From NCBI GenBank assembly GCA_963833985.1, contig CAWIAD010000001.1:2464001-2528000 (forward strand): a DNA stretch of 64,000 bases, written 5' to 3'. Each line of letters starts with the position of its first letter. The first letter of the stretch is position 1. Under the pieces are notes generated by a model. It made no database searches, was not told the DNA's origin, and saw only the letters and a program-made list of their open reading frames with translations. Source of the stretch: an uncultured Planctomycetaceae bacterium (GTDB lineage Bacteria > Planctomycetota > Planctomycetia > Isosphaerales > Isosphaeraceae). The position numbers were made by a program, and so were the translations under genes. Shown piece by piece: positions 1 to 8,572 of this stretch.

Positions 1-868
1 CCACCAACAACCGGTTATGGTTCACCAGATTCCCCGCTTCATGGCGGTGGAGAAAAAAGCCAAGAAGTTTAGCAAGATCGCTCTGCTGGTACTCGACGGC
101 CTTGCCTTTGATCAATGGCTTCTACTCAGGAAGAATCTCGAAGTCGGCGACAAAGCATGGCGGTTCCGCGAATCGACGGCGTTCGCCTGGGTTCCGACTC
201 TCACGTCAGTCACCCGTCAGTCAATCTTTGCCGGAGAACCGCCGCTCTACTTCCCGGATTCTCTCGCGACGACCGCAAAGGAGAAGGCCCACTGGCTGAG
301 GTTCTGGGAGGACCAAGGCGTTCCTCGTGCCAGCATCGATCTGGTTACGAGCCTCGATGGTCCGAACGATTCGAAGCTGGAGACGGCTCTCGGCAACCCA
401 CGACTCTCGGTCCTGGGCATCGTATGGAACAAGGTCGATGACATCATGCACGGAATGCAGATGCAGACGGCCGGGATGCACAACCAGGTGCGTCTGTGGG
501 CTAGTCAGGGCCATTTGCAACAACTGCTCGCCCGTCTTCACGAGGAGGGCTTCGTCGTCTATCTGACCGCCGACCACGGAAACGTCACAGCCACCGGCGT
601 TGGCAATCCGAAGGAAGGCGTTCTGGTGGAAACCAAAGGCAAGAGGGTCCGTGTTTACGATCGTGTCCAGTTCCTTGAGGAAGTTGCAGTCAAGTTTCCC
701 GATTCGGTGCGATGGACGAATCAGGGGCTACCCCCGGCTCGGTACGTTCTCCTGGCGGGCGACCTGAAGGCATTCACGGACGAAGGCGAGGAAGTTGTGT
801 CCCACGGCGGGATCGCCCTGGAAGAAGTCATGGTGCCGTTCGTGGCGATCACCAGGGAGAGGACATGA
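1..868 (+). CDS. pglZ: BREX (type 3-like) PglZ phosphatase-domain protein, C-terminal part (5' end outside window)
   Basis: Alkaline-phosphatase-fold PglZ motifs: LLVLDGL, PTLTSVTRQSIF, YLTADHGN, SHGGIALEEVMVP. Confidence 0.9.
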   Translation, partial: HQQPVMVHQIPRFMAVEKKAKKFSKIALLVLDGLAFDQWLLLRKNLEVGDKAWRFRESTAFAWVPTLTSVTRQSIFAGEPPLYFPDSLATTAKEKAHWLRFWEDQGVPRASIDLVTSLDGPNDSKLETALGNPRLSVLGIVWNKVDDIMHGMQMQTAGMHNQVRLWASQGHLQQLLARLHEEGFVVYLTADHGNVTATGVGNPKEGVLVETKGKRVRVYDRVQFLEEVAVKFPDSVRWTNQGLPPARYVLLAGDLKAFTDEGEEVVSHGGIALEEVMVPFVAITRERT

Positions 869-2343
869 GGAAGGTCCTCGGAATCGACAGGAAGATCAAA
901 AGGGCGTGGGTCGATGCGGTGCTGGACCGGCTGACGCAAACGACGGACGAGACGGAACTGCGCGCCTTCTTGGATGAGCTCCTGAAGGACGAAGTCTCCG
1001 GTAAGGAGTCGAGGGCCAAGACGACCGGGATCATCCTGCGAATCTGGAGCGGAATCCCATCAGCAAGAATCCCGCTGCGTGACCGGGCCGTGGCGATGCT
1101 GCCTCGCATCTCGGGGCAGGAACGAATCTGGCTGCATTGGGGTATGATGGTACTGGCGTACCCGTTCTTTCGAGACATTGCCGAAGTCGTCGGTCGCCTC
1201 TTGTCGCTCCAGGACGATTTCACCACGGCTCAGGTACAGGGCCGAATACTCACGACCTGGGGAGACCGGGCCACGAGCAAGGTAGCGGTGCCGAAGCTCA
1301 TAACGACCCTCGTGGATTGGGAGGTCCTTCGCTCGACGAAGACGAAGGGTCACTTTCTCCTGGCCCGGAAGATGACCGCCAGTACCCCAGACCTGCAACT
1401 CTGGCTGCTCGAAGCGCTTCTGGGGGCCAGCGCGGCCGATGAAATTGAGGCCCAGCAGTTCTTGCGTCTGCCCGAGTCGTTTCCGTTCAACCTGAGCATT
1501 GGGCTTGCTGATCTTCGACGACATGAAGGCTTTAACATCCATCGTCAAGGACTCGACATGGATATGGTCTCGCTACGGCCGGTGAAGAAGACCATCCCAG
1601 TGAAGTCTCCGAAGAAGCCTGTTAAGAAGCCCAAGCAGGCAGCGCCCAGCGTGTTTGATGCGATTTCTGTCGAGACACCGAAGTACCCCGTCGCTCAACA
1701 GATCGTCCAAGAGGTTGTCGAGGTCGCTCCTGTCCCCACGGCGGAACTTCATCCGAACCTCGAACCGTTCATCGCCTCCAAGATGGTTCCGCCCATTGAA
1801 TTGGCAATGTCCGAGCCAGACCGGACCGAGTCGCGGGCAGATTTCGTTACGACAGAGAGGTTGACGATCGTCAGGGATCTGGACCTCTCGGTCAACGTAC
1901 CGTTCTCGGCTCCGATCGGCGAATGTGTGAGACTCTTCCATGAAAGTCTCGACTTCGCGTGTATCGCCTTGGCTCACGACACGATCGACGCTATTCTGCG
2001 GCTTGTTTGCAAAGTGAAACTCGGCGCAAGGCAGGCCAAGTGTGCCGACATACGCAACCAATTCGGAGGTCTGACAGCGATCGGCGTGCTGCCGATTCCC
2101 ATGAAGACCAGACTCGAAAAGCTCTGGTACGAGCGAGTCGATTACCTGGAACTGAACATGGCCGAGCCTTCCGATCAATCGGCGATCGAGGAAGTGGCAT
2201 CGAGCCACATCTCGGTTCTGGTCGAACTCGTTCGTCACTTCCTTGGGCAATCGTCGGTTCAAGGCAAAGTTCTACCCGATCACCCGGAGTACTGGAACCA
2301 AGTCAAGAAAAGGCTCACATTCAAAGCCGAAACGGCAGGGTGA
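865..2343 (+). CDS. BREX-3 BrxA-like protein with a long C-terminal extension
   Basis: ATG at 865 overlaps the pglZ stop (ATGA). N-terminus GIDRKIKRAWVD...RIW...LHWGMMVLAYPFF...WGDR resembles the gene that follows pglZ in type 3 BREX. A Lys/Pro-rich linker and an extra helical domain follow. Confidence 0.7.
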   Translation: MRKVLGIDRKIKRAWVDAVLDRLTQTTDETELRAFLDELLKDEVSGKESRAKTTGIILRIWSGIPSARIPLRDRAVAMLPRISGQERIWLHWGMMVLAYPFFRDIAEVVGRLLSLQDDFTTAQVQGRILTTWGDRATSKVAVPKLITTLVDWEVLRSTKTKGHFLLARKMTASTPDLQLWLLEALLGASAADEIEAQQFLRLPESFPFNLSIGLADLRRHEGFNIHRQGLDMDMVSLRPVKKTIPVKSPKKPVKKPKQAAPSVFDAISVETPKYPVAQQIVQEVVEVAPVPTAELHPNLEPFIASKMVPPIELAMSEPDRTESRADFVTTERLTIVRDLDLSVNVPFSAPIGECVRLFHESLDFACIALAHDTIDAILRLVCKVKLGARQAKCADIRNQFGGLTAIGVLPIPMKTRLEKLWYERVDYLELNMAEPSDQSAIEEVASSHISVLVELVRHFLGQSSVQGKVLPDHPEYWNQVKKRLTFKAETAG

Positions 2344-2641
2344 CCGAAGGAGCCGAGTGGGTCTGGGCGAGTTCCTTGATGTAGGCCGAGACGTGGAAGC
2401 TCTTGATGTCCTTGAGGGCGAGCCGTCGGGCCTCGGACCACTCGAAGAACCGCCGGGCGTTCCGGTAATAGGCCGCCCGCGTGTTCTTGTTGCGGATCGT
2501 GTCCGTGAAGAACGTGAAGAACCGCTCGGACGCCTTCGGCCCCTCGTCGGCGATGACGGCGGGGATGGTCGTCGTGGCGGCCCGTTCGATGGTCGCCGGG
2601 AGCGGAGCGTCGTCGGTCGTCAGGTTCCGGTTCTTGAGCAT
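2341..2641 (-). pseudogene. Truncated tyrosine recombinase/resolvase (N-terminal SAM-like domain only)
   Basis: RFFTFFTDTIRNKNTRAAYYRNARRFFEW...HVSAYIKELAQTHSAPSV, then homology ends at the brxA stop. No catalytic R-H-R-Y domain. Confidence 0.75.
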
Positions 2642-2680
2642 TTCGGTCCTCGGCCTGGGTCCCCTGCCCGGTCCCCATTT

Positions 2681-2708
2681 TAGTCGCATAACGCCCTTTA
2701 TGCGAGCC
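2681..2708. promoter_or_regulatory. dif/res-like tyrosine-recombinase crossover site
   Basis: TCGCATAA-CGCCCT-TTATGCGA: perfect 8-bp inverted arms around a 6-bp spacer, 40 bp upstream of the recombinase ATG. Confidence 0.6.
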
Positions 2709-2952
2709 ATATCGGACCAGGGAAGGGGGCGGCAAGAGTGGATTTTTTGCAGCGTCCCTCGGCCAGAGAATCCACCCCAGAAACGCGAAACCCACCGGCG
2801 GTCGAGCCGATTTACAGACATCGCATGCGGGCATGCATTTTGTCCGTGGATGTTGACAGACCAATGACCCATTGACACGGCCCTCGGGACCGTAGATTTT
2901 GAGGCATGTTTCCCTGGTTTGCGATACGCACCGTGTTTAGAGGAGTCCGCCG

Positions 2953-3339
2953 ATGTCGGATGCCGCGTCGAAAGGGAGGCCTAACTCGTCTGCCGAACTC
3001 ACGCTGAACGAGCTTCAAGCGGTCGACCCTGAAATCTTGAAGGAGCTGCAGGAGAAGTATGGACTTGAGATCCAGGTCCGGTCAAACAGCGAAGCCATCA
3101 ACCAACTCTTGCAGGGAGTTGGGCGCACGGCCGCCCTCAGCCCCCAGGAGTTCACCCGCGGCTTTGATCGGACCAACCCCGGGTACGACAAATTCTATGA
3201 CCGCGACGGACCTGGTGGTGGTGGTTCCCGAGAGCAAGTGACTAAGCCAATCGAGAACCTGCTTGCCGTCTCACTGCAGGAGGCGATTAAGTCGTTGTCG
3301 GCAGAACAACTGGCCACAATCAAGAAGCTACACGGCTAA
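2953..3339 (+). CDS. Putative RiPP precursor (128 aa; leader, internal aromatic-X-Arg/Lys core, follower)
   Basis: AGGAG RBS at 2941. Core FTRGFDR-TNPG-YDKFYDR (3151-3204) followed by GPGGGGS. Lies directly upstream of a radical SAM gene. Confidence 0.7.
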   Translation: MSDAASKGRPNSSAELTLNELQAVDPEILKELQEKYGLEIQVRSNSEAINQLLQGVGRTAALSPQEFTRGFDRTNPGYDKFYDRDGPGGGGSREQVTKPIENLLAVSLQEAIKSLSAEQLATIKKLHG

Positions 3340-3562
3340 CAGCTCGGTCCGTCCACAATCGGGACGCCCTCTCAAGCGCCCTACGACCGTGAAATGTTAC
3401 CCGTTCCATAGACTCGTTTCGGCTGAATGCCAGCTCTCGAATTGGGTAGAGTCAGGCGTTCCAGGGGCGCTATAGCCTACTTGCGACAGCGGTGAGGCAA
3501 TCCCTGCGCCGTTACGTCAAAGCGTGTTGTTCCCGCAATCATGAGATAGGGATGGCCCCCTA

Positions 3563-4777
3563 ATGGTTTCGCTTGCTCCACAGTTGCTCCACCTCAGTAC
3601 AGAGGCTGCAGCTTATGTACGGCCGGCCAACTACCTCCTGGTTAAGCTGGCGGCGAGGTGTAACCTCAAGTGTTCTTACTGCTACTGGTTCCGCGACCCG
3701 AGCGTCTATGGGCGACCCAAGGTCATGACTGAGGAGGTCGAGGCGGCGCTCTTGGAAAAGCTACAGCGACACCTCGTTAACTATGGCCTAGACCGATTCT
3801 ATTTGCTGTTTCACGGGGGTGAGCCGACTCTTTTCGGTCGAGATCGCTTCGAGCAGCTCACCGGCCGTTTGCGGGCACTGGAGGCACGTCTTGGGGTGCA
3901 GTTACGTCTGGCGATGACGACTAACGGCTTGCTGCTCGACGACGATTGGATAGACGTCCTGAAACGCCACCAAGTCTCGGTGACACTGAGCTTCGATGGT
4001 CCGCCGCAAGTTAACGACACGCGGCGGATCGACTTCGTCGGTCGGGGCTCGCTCCAACAGAGCGTGGCCGCCCTTCAGCGTCTTCGTGCTGCGGACCTCG
4101 AGCCGGGTGTACTAGCCGTCTGCGATCCGACCCAGGAACCCAGGCTCGTTACCGATTACTTCGTCCAGGAGTTGCACATCCAGGAGTTCGACATCTTGGT
4201 TCCCGATGCTACGCATGAAGACCATACCGTCTCGATCGCCGATTACTATAAGCGGCTCTTCGACATCTGGTTGGACGAACTGGCCCCGCGCGGGGTGCGC
4301 ATCCGCTATCTCGATAGCCTCATCGCAGGTCTGGCCGGCTACGAGAGTCACTCGGAGTCAATCGGCTACGGTCCCAACCTGCACTTTACGATGCTCACCG
4401 ACGGCAGCCTCGAGGCGCTCGACACGGTGCGAATTGCCGGACCGGGGATTACAAACAGTTGTCTAAACATCCTCACCGATGAGATCCAGGACTTGGTCCG
4501 TGACCCGTTCTGGCGGGAGCTGCTCGAGGCCTCAGTCCATCTGCACAGGCAATGCGAGCAGTGTGTGTACCGCTCTGCTTGCGGTGGAGGGCACATCGCG
4601 TCGCGCTGGTCGAGGGCGAATCGCTTTGACAACCCGAGCGTTTACTGCCGGGATCTCATCGAGATCCTCCGCCACATTTGGCAGAGGATGGCACCAGACC
4701 TTTACTTGGTCGGCATTCCTCCGGACGCGGCGTGCAACTCGGGGTCACCGCAGAATCCTGCCAAGAGCATACACTAA
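3563..4777 (+). CDS. Radical SAM/SPASM peptide maturase, FxsB/YhhB-like (cyclophane-forming)
   Basis: CNLKCSYC, FHGGEP, TTNG, SFDGP, TDGSLEALD, CEQCVYRSACGGG, FDNPSVYCRDL. Confidence 0.85.
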   Translation: MVSLAPQLLHLSTEAAAYVRPANYLLVKLAARCNLKCSYCYWFRDPSVYGRPKVMTEEVEAALLEKLQRHLVNYGLDRFYLLFHGGEPTLFGRDRFEQLTGRLRALEARLGVQLRLAMTTNGLLLDDDWIDVLKRHQVSVTLSFDGPPQVNDTRRIDFVGRGSLQQSVAALQRLRAADLEPGVLAVCDPTQEPRLVTDYFVQELHIQEFDILVPDATHEDHTVSIADYYKRLFDIWLDELAPRGVRIRYLDSLIAGLAGYESHSESIGYGPNLHFTMLTDGSLEALDTVRIAGPGITNSCLNILTDEIQDLVRDPFWRELLEASVHLHRQCEQCVYRSACGGGHIASRWSRANRFDNPSVYCRDLIEILRHIWQRMAPDLYLVGIPPDAACNSGSPQNPAKSIH

Positions 4778-4829
4778 GTTCAAGTTTCGCGAATTCTGAG
4801 GCGGTTCGCGCGTGCCGAGGAGCAAGCCT

Positions 4830-5990
4830 ATGGCCAGTCCCTACGTTTTGGTTCCCCCACCTGTATCGTTCGAGCCCTTCCCTTACTTCCAAGCTGCGCC
4901 GGTGATTCAGAAATATAATTGTGACGAACTGTTTACGTGGCTGAGTGCGGAGGCTCCCTGGCGATACCACCAGGAGTGTTTCTACCAGCAGATGGAATGC
5001 GATCTTCTGACGACGGAGCTTACTGGTCTCGCATCGCGGCTGTTCGACCCCGAGGCTCTGGCCGAACTCGTAGCCATCATGGAGGCGAGCTTCGGCGAGG
5101 TGCTCGACCAGCGGTTGAGTGTCGTCGCACACAAGCTACTGCCGGGCTACCAGATAAACATCCACAACGACGCGCCCGATCCGGGCATGGAGACACACCG
5201 CCTCGTTTTACAGCTAAATCCCCACGGTGTCCGGCCAGTCGGCGGAGACCTGGTGCTTTTCCGTAGCCGGTCGGAGCAGGACGTCCACGCCACGTTCGCT
5301 CCGGACTACAACACTGCGGTCGCCTTTGCCCTTTCGGACCGCTCCTACCACGCCGTGACTCCCGTCGAGACAGGGGTTCGCTATACGGTCGTCTACTCAT
5401 TCTGGACGAAGGACAGCGCGGAGGAAGCACGCCGGCGGGATGCCTCACTCGATGGCGAGGCCATCAAGACACTGGTCAGCATCCTCCAAGCCATCGGCGC
5501 GAACCGCGTTGCCCACAGCGACCGGACGCTGCTTGACCACCTACTAGGTACCTGCGAGCTTCTCCGCGCGTGGGGGTGCCGCCAGGCCGTGTGTGTGGCT
5601 GGGCTGTTCCACAGCGTGTACGGCACCGAGAGCTTAACTACTACCCTCGTCCGGCCCGAAGAGCGCGGCTTGCTCTGCGGGCTGATTGGCCCGGAAGCCG
5701 AAGAGCTGGTGCATCTGTTCGGAACTACTGCGCGGTTGACCCTCTTCGAGCGGTCAGAGGAAGGATGCGTGTTGCAGCTCCGCTCCACACGGGCTGACGA
5801 CTGGCTCACGGTTACACCCCAGCAGGCGCAGGACCTCCTCGCGATCAGCGCGGCTAACTTCGTCGAACAGGCGGCACGCGCTGAGCCCCCATTCTATCCG
5901 AACGACCCGAGTGTTACTGGCTACCAACGATTAGCAGGGCTCCTGCCCGAGCGGGCACGTGGTACTTTGGCACGCTTGGGAGCCTTGTGA
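4830..5990 (+). CDS. 2OG-Fe(II) oxygenase (YhhC-like) fused to a C-terminal HD-like (DUF6817-like) domain
   Basis: GAGGAG RBS. EPFPYF, HND...SYHAV...RYTVVYSF facial-triad and 2OG-binding motifs. C-terminal HSDRTLLDHL...AGLFHSVYGTE. Confidence 0.8.
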   Translation: MASPYVLVPPPVSFEPFPYFQAAPVIQKYNCDELFTWLSAEAPWRYHQECFYQQMECDLLTTELTGLASRLFDPEALAELVAIMEASFGEVLDQRLSVVAHKLLPGYQINIHNDAPDPGMETHRLVLQLNPHGVRPVGGDLVLFRSRSEQDVHATFAPDYNTAVAFALSDRSYHAVTPVETGVRYTVVYSFWTKDSAEEARRRDASLDGEAIKTLVSILQAIGANRVAHSDRTLLDHLLGTCELLRAWGCRQAVCVAGLFHSVYGTESLTTTLVRPEERGLLCGLIGPEAEELVHLFGTTARLTLFERSEEGCVLQLRSTRADDWLTVTPQQAQDLLAISAANFVEQAARAEPPFYPNDPSVTGYQRLAGLLPERARGTLARLGAL

Positions 5991-5997
5991 GGGTTCC

Positions 5998-7154
5998 ATG
6001 CCCTGGCCTGCGATCGAACTCCATGCATATGAGCAATGCAGCCAGATGGTGCTTGACCAACTCGCTGCGGCCGGCGCAGGTGACACCGCACACGCTGGCG
6101 CCAGCCTGCTCGTGCACCTTCGCAATACCCAGAAGATCCTGGAACGCTGGCAATGCCCACCCGGGCTCTGCCTGGCCGGTCTGTGCCACAGCGTCTATGG
6201 TGCCGTGTTCCCCCTCCGTCAAGCCGCCCGCCGGCGTGTGGCTGACTGGATCGGGGCCGAGGCTGAGCGCGTTGTCTGGTTCATCGCTACCGTGCACGCT
6301 GATGAGGTCGCGCGTCGGCTACTGGTCGTACCGACCGGTGACGCTAACATGATTTTGGCTCGTGCTGCCCTCGTGCTAGTGGCCAGCGACTTCGAGCAAC
6401 TCGGTCGCGTGCTGTTGTCCCCACGTCAGATCGAGCAACAACGACACCTCGCCATCCAGTGTCTACACTGGCTGCCCGAAGACGCCCGTGCCGACCTAGT
6501 GCGGCTCTACGCGGTTAGCCCCGACTCTACCGACACCGACTGGTCTCGCAGTACCGCCGAGGTCTATGACGCTGAAGCACGTAGGTACAATGCCCTCCGC
6601 GAGCTCACCTCCGACGACGTTCAATTGCTCCAACTGGTCGAGAAGCTGCTGCCGCCCGGGCGCGGGTGCTCGATCTGGGTTGCGGCAGCGGCGAGCCGAT
6701 CATGCGCCGCCTAACCGGCCGTTTCACCGTTGTAGGTCTGGACATCTCCAGCGAGCAACTAGCCCTAGCGCAACGCGCCCGAATAACAGCGCGGCTTGTG
6801 CGAGCCGACATGCTGCACCTGCCCTTCCCCGACTCGGCGTTCGATGGCGTGTGCTCCTACTATGCCATCGTTCATGTACCGCGCGTGAGACACGCACTGA
6901 TTCTTCGCGAGCTGCGCCGCGTGTTACGGCCAGGTGGCTGGGCACTCATTTGCCTTGGGGCCAAAGACGTCCCGGCCTGGCAAGACGTAGCCTTGCTCGG
7001 CCGCCCGATCTTGTTCAGCCATTACGACGTTAATGAGAACCTCGAGATGCTCGCGGAGCAGGGTCTGGCTATCCGTTGGTCATATATCGTGGGCGCAGAC
7101 ACTGCAGCGGCATTTCTCTTCGCTCTGGTTCAGGCTGAGGAGGACCCTGCGTGA
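5998..7154 (+). CDS. HD-like (DUF6817-like) domain fused to a class I SAM methyltransferase (frameshift near 6660)
   Basis: HAGASLLVHL...AGLCHSVYG in the first ORF. VLDLGCGSG, GLDISSEQL, LRRVLRPGG in the second. One extra G at CCCGGG^CGCGGG joins them as LPPGARVLDLGCG. Confidence 0.7.
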
Positions 7155-8164
7155 TACCCGATAGACTGGTCCTGGAACGGCGATGCTTCCCGACCCGGAT
7201 TGCAGCCGAGCGCGCTTTACGTGGGCTCTACCGTGATCGGTGGCCCGTGCTGGTCGGCGAGACCGCCCACGAGCGGCTTTATTGCATTGAAGACGCGTTA
7301 GTCGGCCGCCCAGCTCGCGATCCGAATCTCGCCTGCAACCTTCGAGAAATCCTAGGGATTAGCCCGGAAGAGGCGGCCCACTTCCGCAGTTTTCGGGCCA
7401 GACATGGCGGTTGCAGGCTCACTACATTGCAGCACACGTGGGCACTAGAGGCCCTGAGCAAATGGGCCACGAGGCGTCACCCCGGCGATCCACCGCCTCT
7501 GTTACTGCACGTGGACGCGCACGACGACCTTCAGCCGCCCAGTCTCGTTGCAACTACTGATCCATGGATCTACCAAGCACCTGTAGGTGGGGACGTACTC
7601 GACCTCCACGACCCAGCTACGGTATCTCCGTTCGTAGAGCGTGGACTCATCGGCATTGGGGGCTTCCTGGTTCCAATCCTGCACGCCTTGGTAGCCGCTC
7701 AGGTCGTGTGGTTGCACCCACTTGAGGTTCGGCCCGCAAATACTCAGGCCAGCCTGCGGTCCGCCACCGAGCCATTTCTATTTTTTGGAGGGTGCTTCCA
7801 ACGGCCGATCATTGAGGTCGAGCCATGTGACGTAGAATCGGCCCATCCTTTACGCCTGCTCGCGACGGATAACTTGTCGTCCCTAGTATCGTGGCTCACG
7901 CCAGGCCCCGTGCTCGTTGACATCGACTTCGATTACTTCTGCAACCTCTATGACGATAGCCAGGTTCGGCCCCAAGAGCCACCGTCCCACAATGAGGTAT
8001 TAGACCACATCGATCGGTTCGCCAGCGAGTTGGGTCGCATCCTGAGGAACCACCGCGTCGAGCTTGTCACACTAGCGTTGTCGCCAGAATTCTTCCCGTC
8101 TGCCTACTGGCCCAGGTGCCTTGAGAGGCTCGAGGAACTCGGCGATTGTTTACTCGAAGCGTAG
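7151..8164 (+). CDS. UPF0489-family arginase/deacetylase-fold enzyme (peptide-arginase-like)
   Basis: QHTWAL, LLHVDAHDDL, LVDIDFDYFCN, LVTLALSPEFFP. Start overlaps the upstream stop (GTGA). Confidence 0.7.
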   Translation: MIPDRLVLERRCFPTRIAAERALRGLYRDRWPVLVGETAHERLYCIEDALVGRPARDPNLACNLREILGISPEEAAHFRSFRARHGGCRLTTLQHTWALEALSKWATRRHPGDPPPLLLHVDAHDDLQPPSLVATTDPWIYQAPVGGDVLDLHDPATVSPFVERGLIGIGGFLVPILHALVAAQVVWLHPLEVRPANTQASLRSATEPFLFFGGCFQRPIIEVEPCDVESAHPLRLLATDNLSSLVSWLTPGPVLVDIDFDYFCNLYDDSQVRPQEPPSHNEVLDHIDRFASELGRILRNHRVELVTLALSPEFFPSAYWPRCLERLEELGDCLLEA

Positions 8165-8171
8165 TACGTTA

Positions 8172-8243
8172 GCCCGGTATTCCGCCGCGATGTCCAGCGG
8201 GCTGCGCAAGGACACAGGCTGTCGTCGCGGCGGAATACCGGGC
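8172..8243. repeat. Perfect 19-bp inverted repeat (34-nt loop)
   Basis: GCCCGGTATTCCGCCGCGA (8172-8190) / TCGCGGCGGAATACCGGGC (8225-8243). Confidence 0.9.
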
Positions 8244-8572
8244 CGTTGGACGAAACCGGCCGCGGCATCCCCATTCCGCGATGTCGCATCGAATTTCAAT
8301 TTGCCACCCGGGAGCCAACTTGGGGAATTGTATCCCGGCTCAACTGATGTCACCAGCTTGGACTCGAGATCGAGGCTGGCAACCTGAGCCAGTCACCAGG
8401 GATTGAGGCAAAGTATCGCCGGCTAATATGAGGATCGCCGGAATTGATCCGATCGTGACGAGCGTCAAGGGGGGACCAATCGCGGACCATGCTCGGCGCG
8501 GAGAATGAGCGACCGGTCCCAGCCGAAGCAAGTGGCGATGGAACCGGGAGATGCGTTTCAGGTGCATTCGAG

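Noticed and set aside
3334..3402. attC-like pattern (GGCTAAC over the precursor stop ... GTTACCC)
   Set aside because: Arm pairing is short, spacer lengths are non-canonical, R' does not fit GTTRRRY, and there is no cassette array or IntI
6650..6670. Programmed frameshift in the RiPP cluster
   Set aside because: No slippery heptamer, and similar indels occur throughout the window
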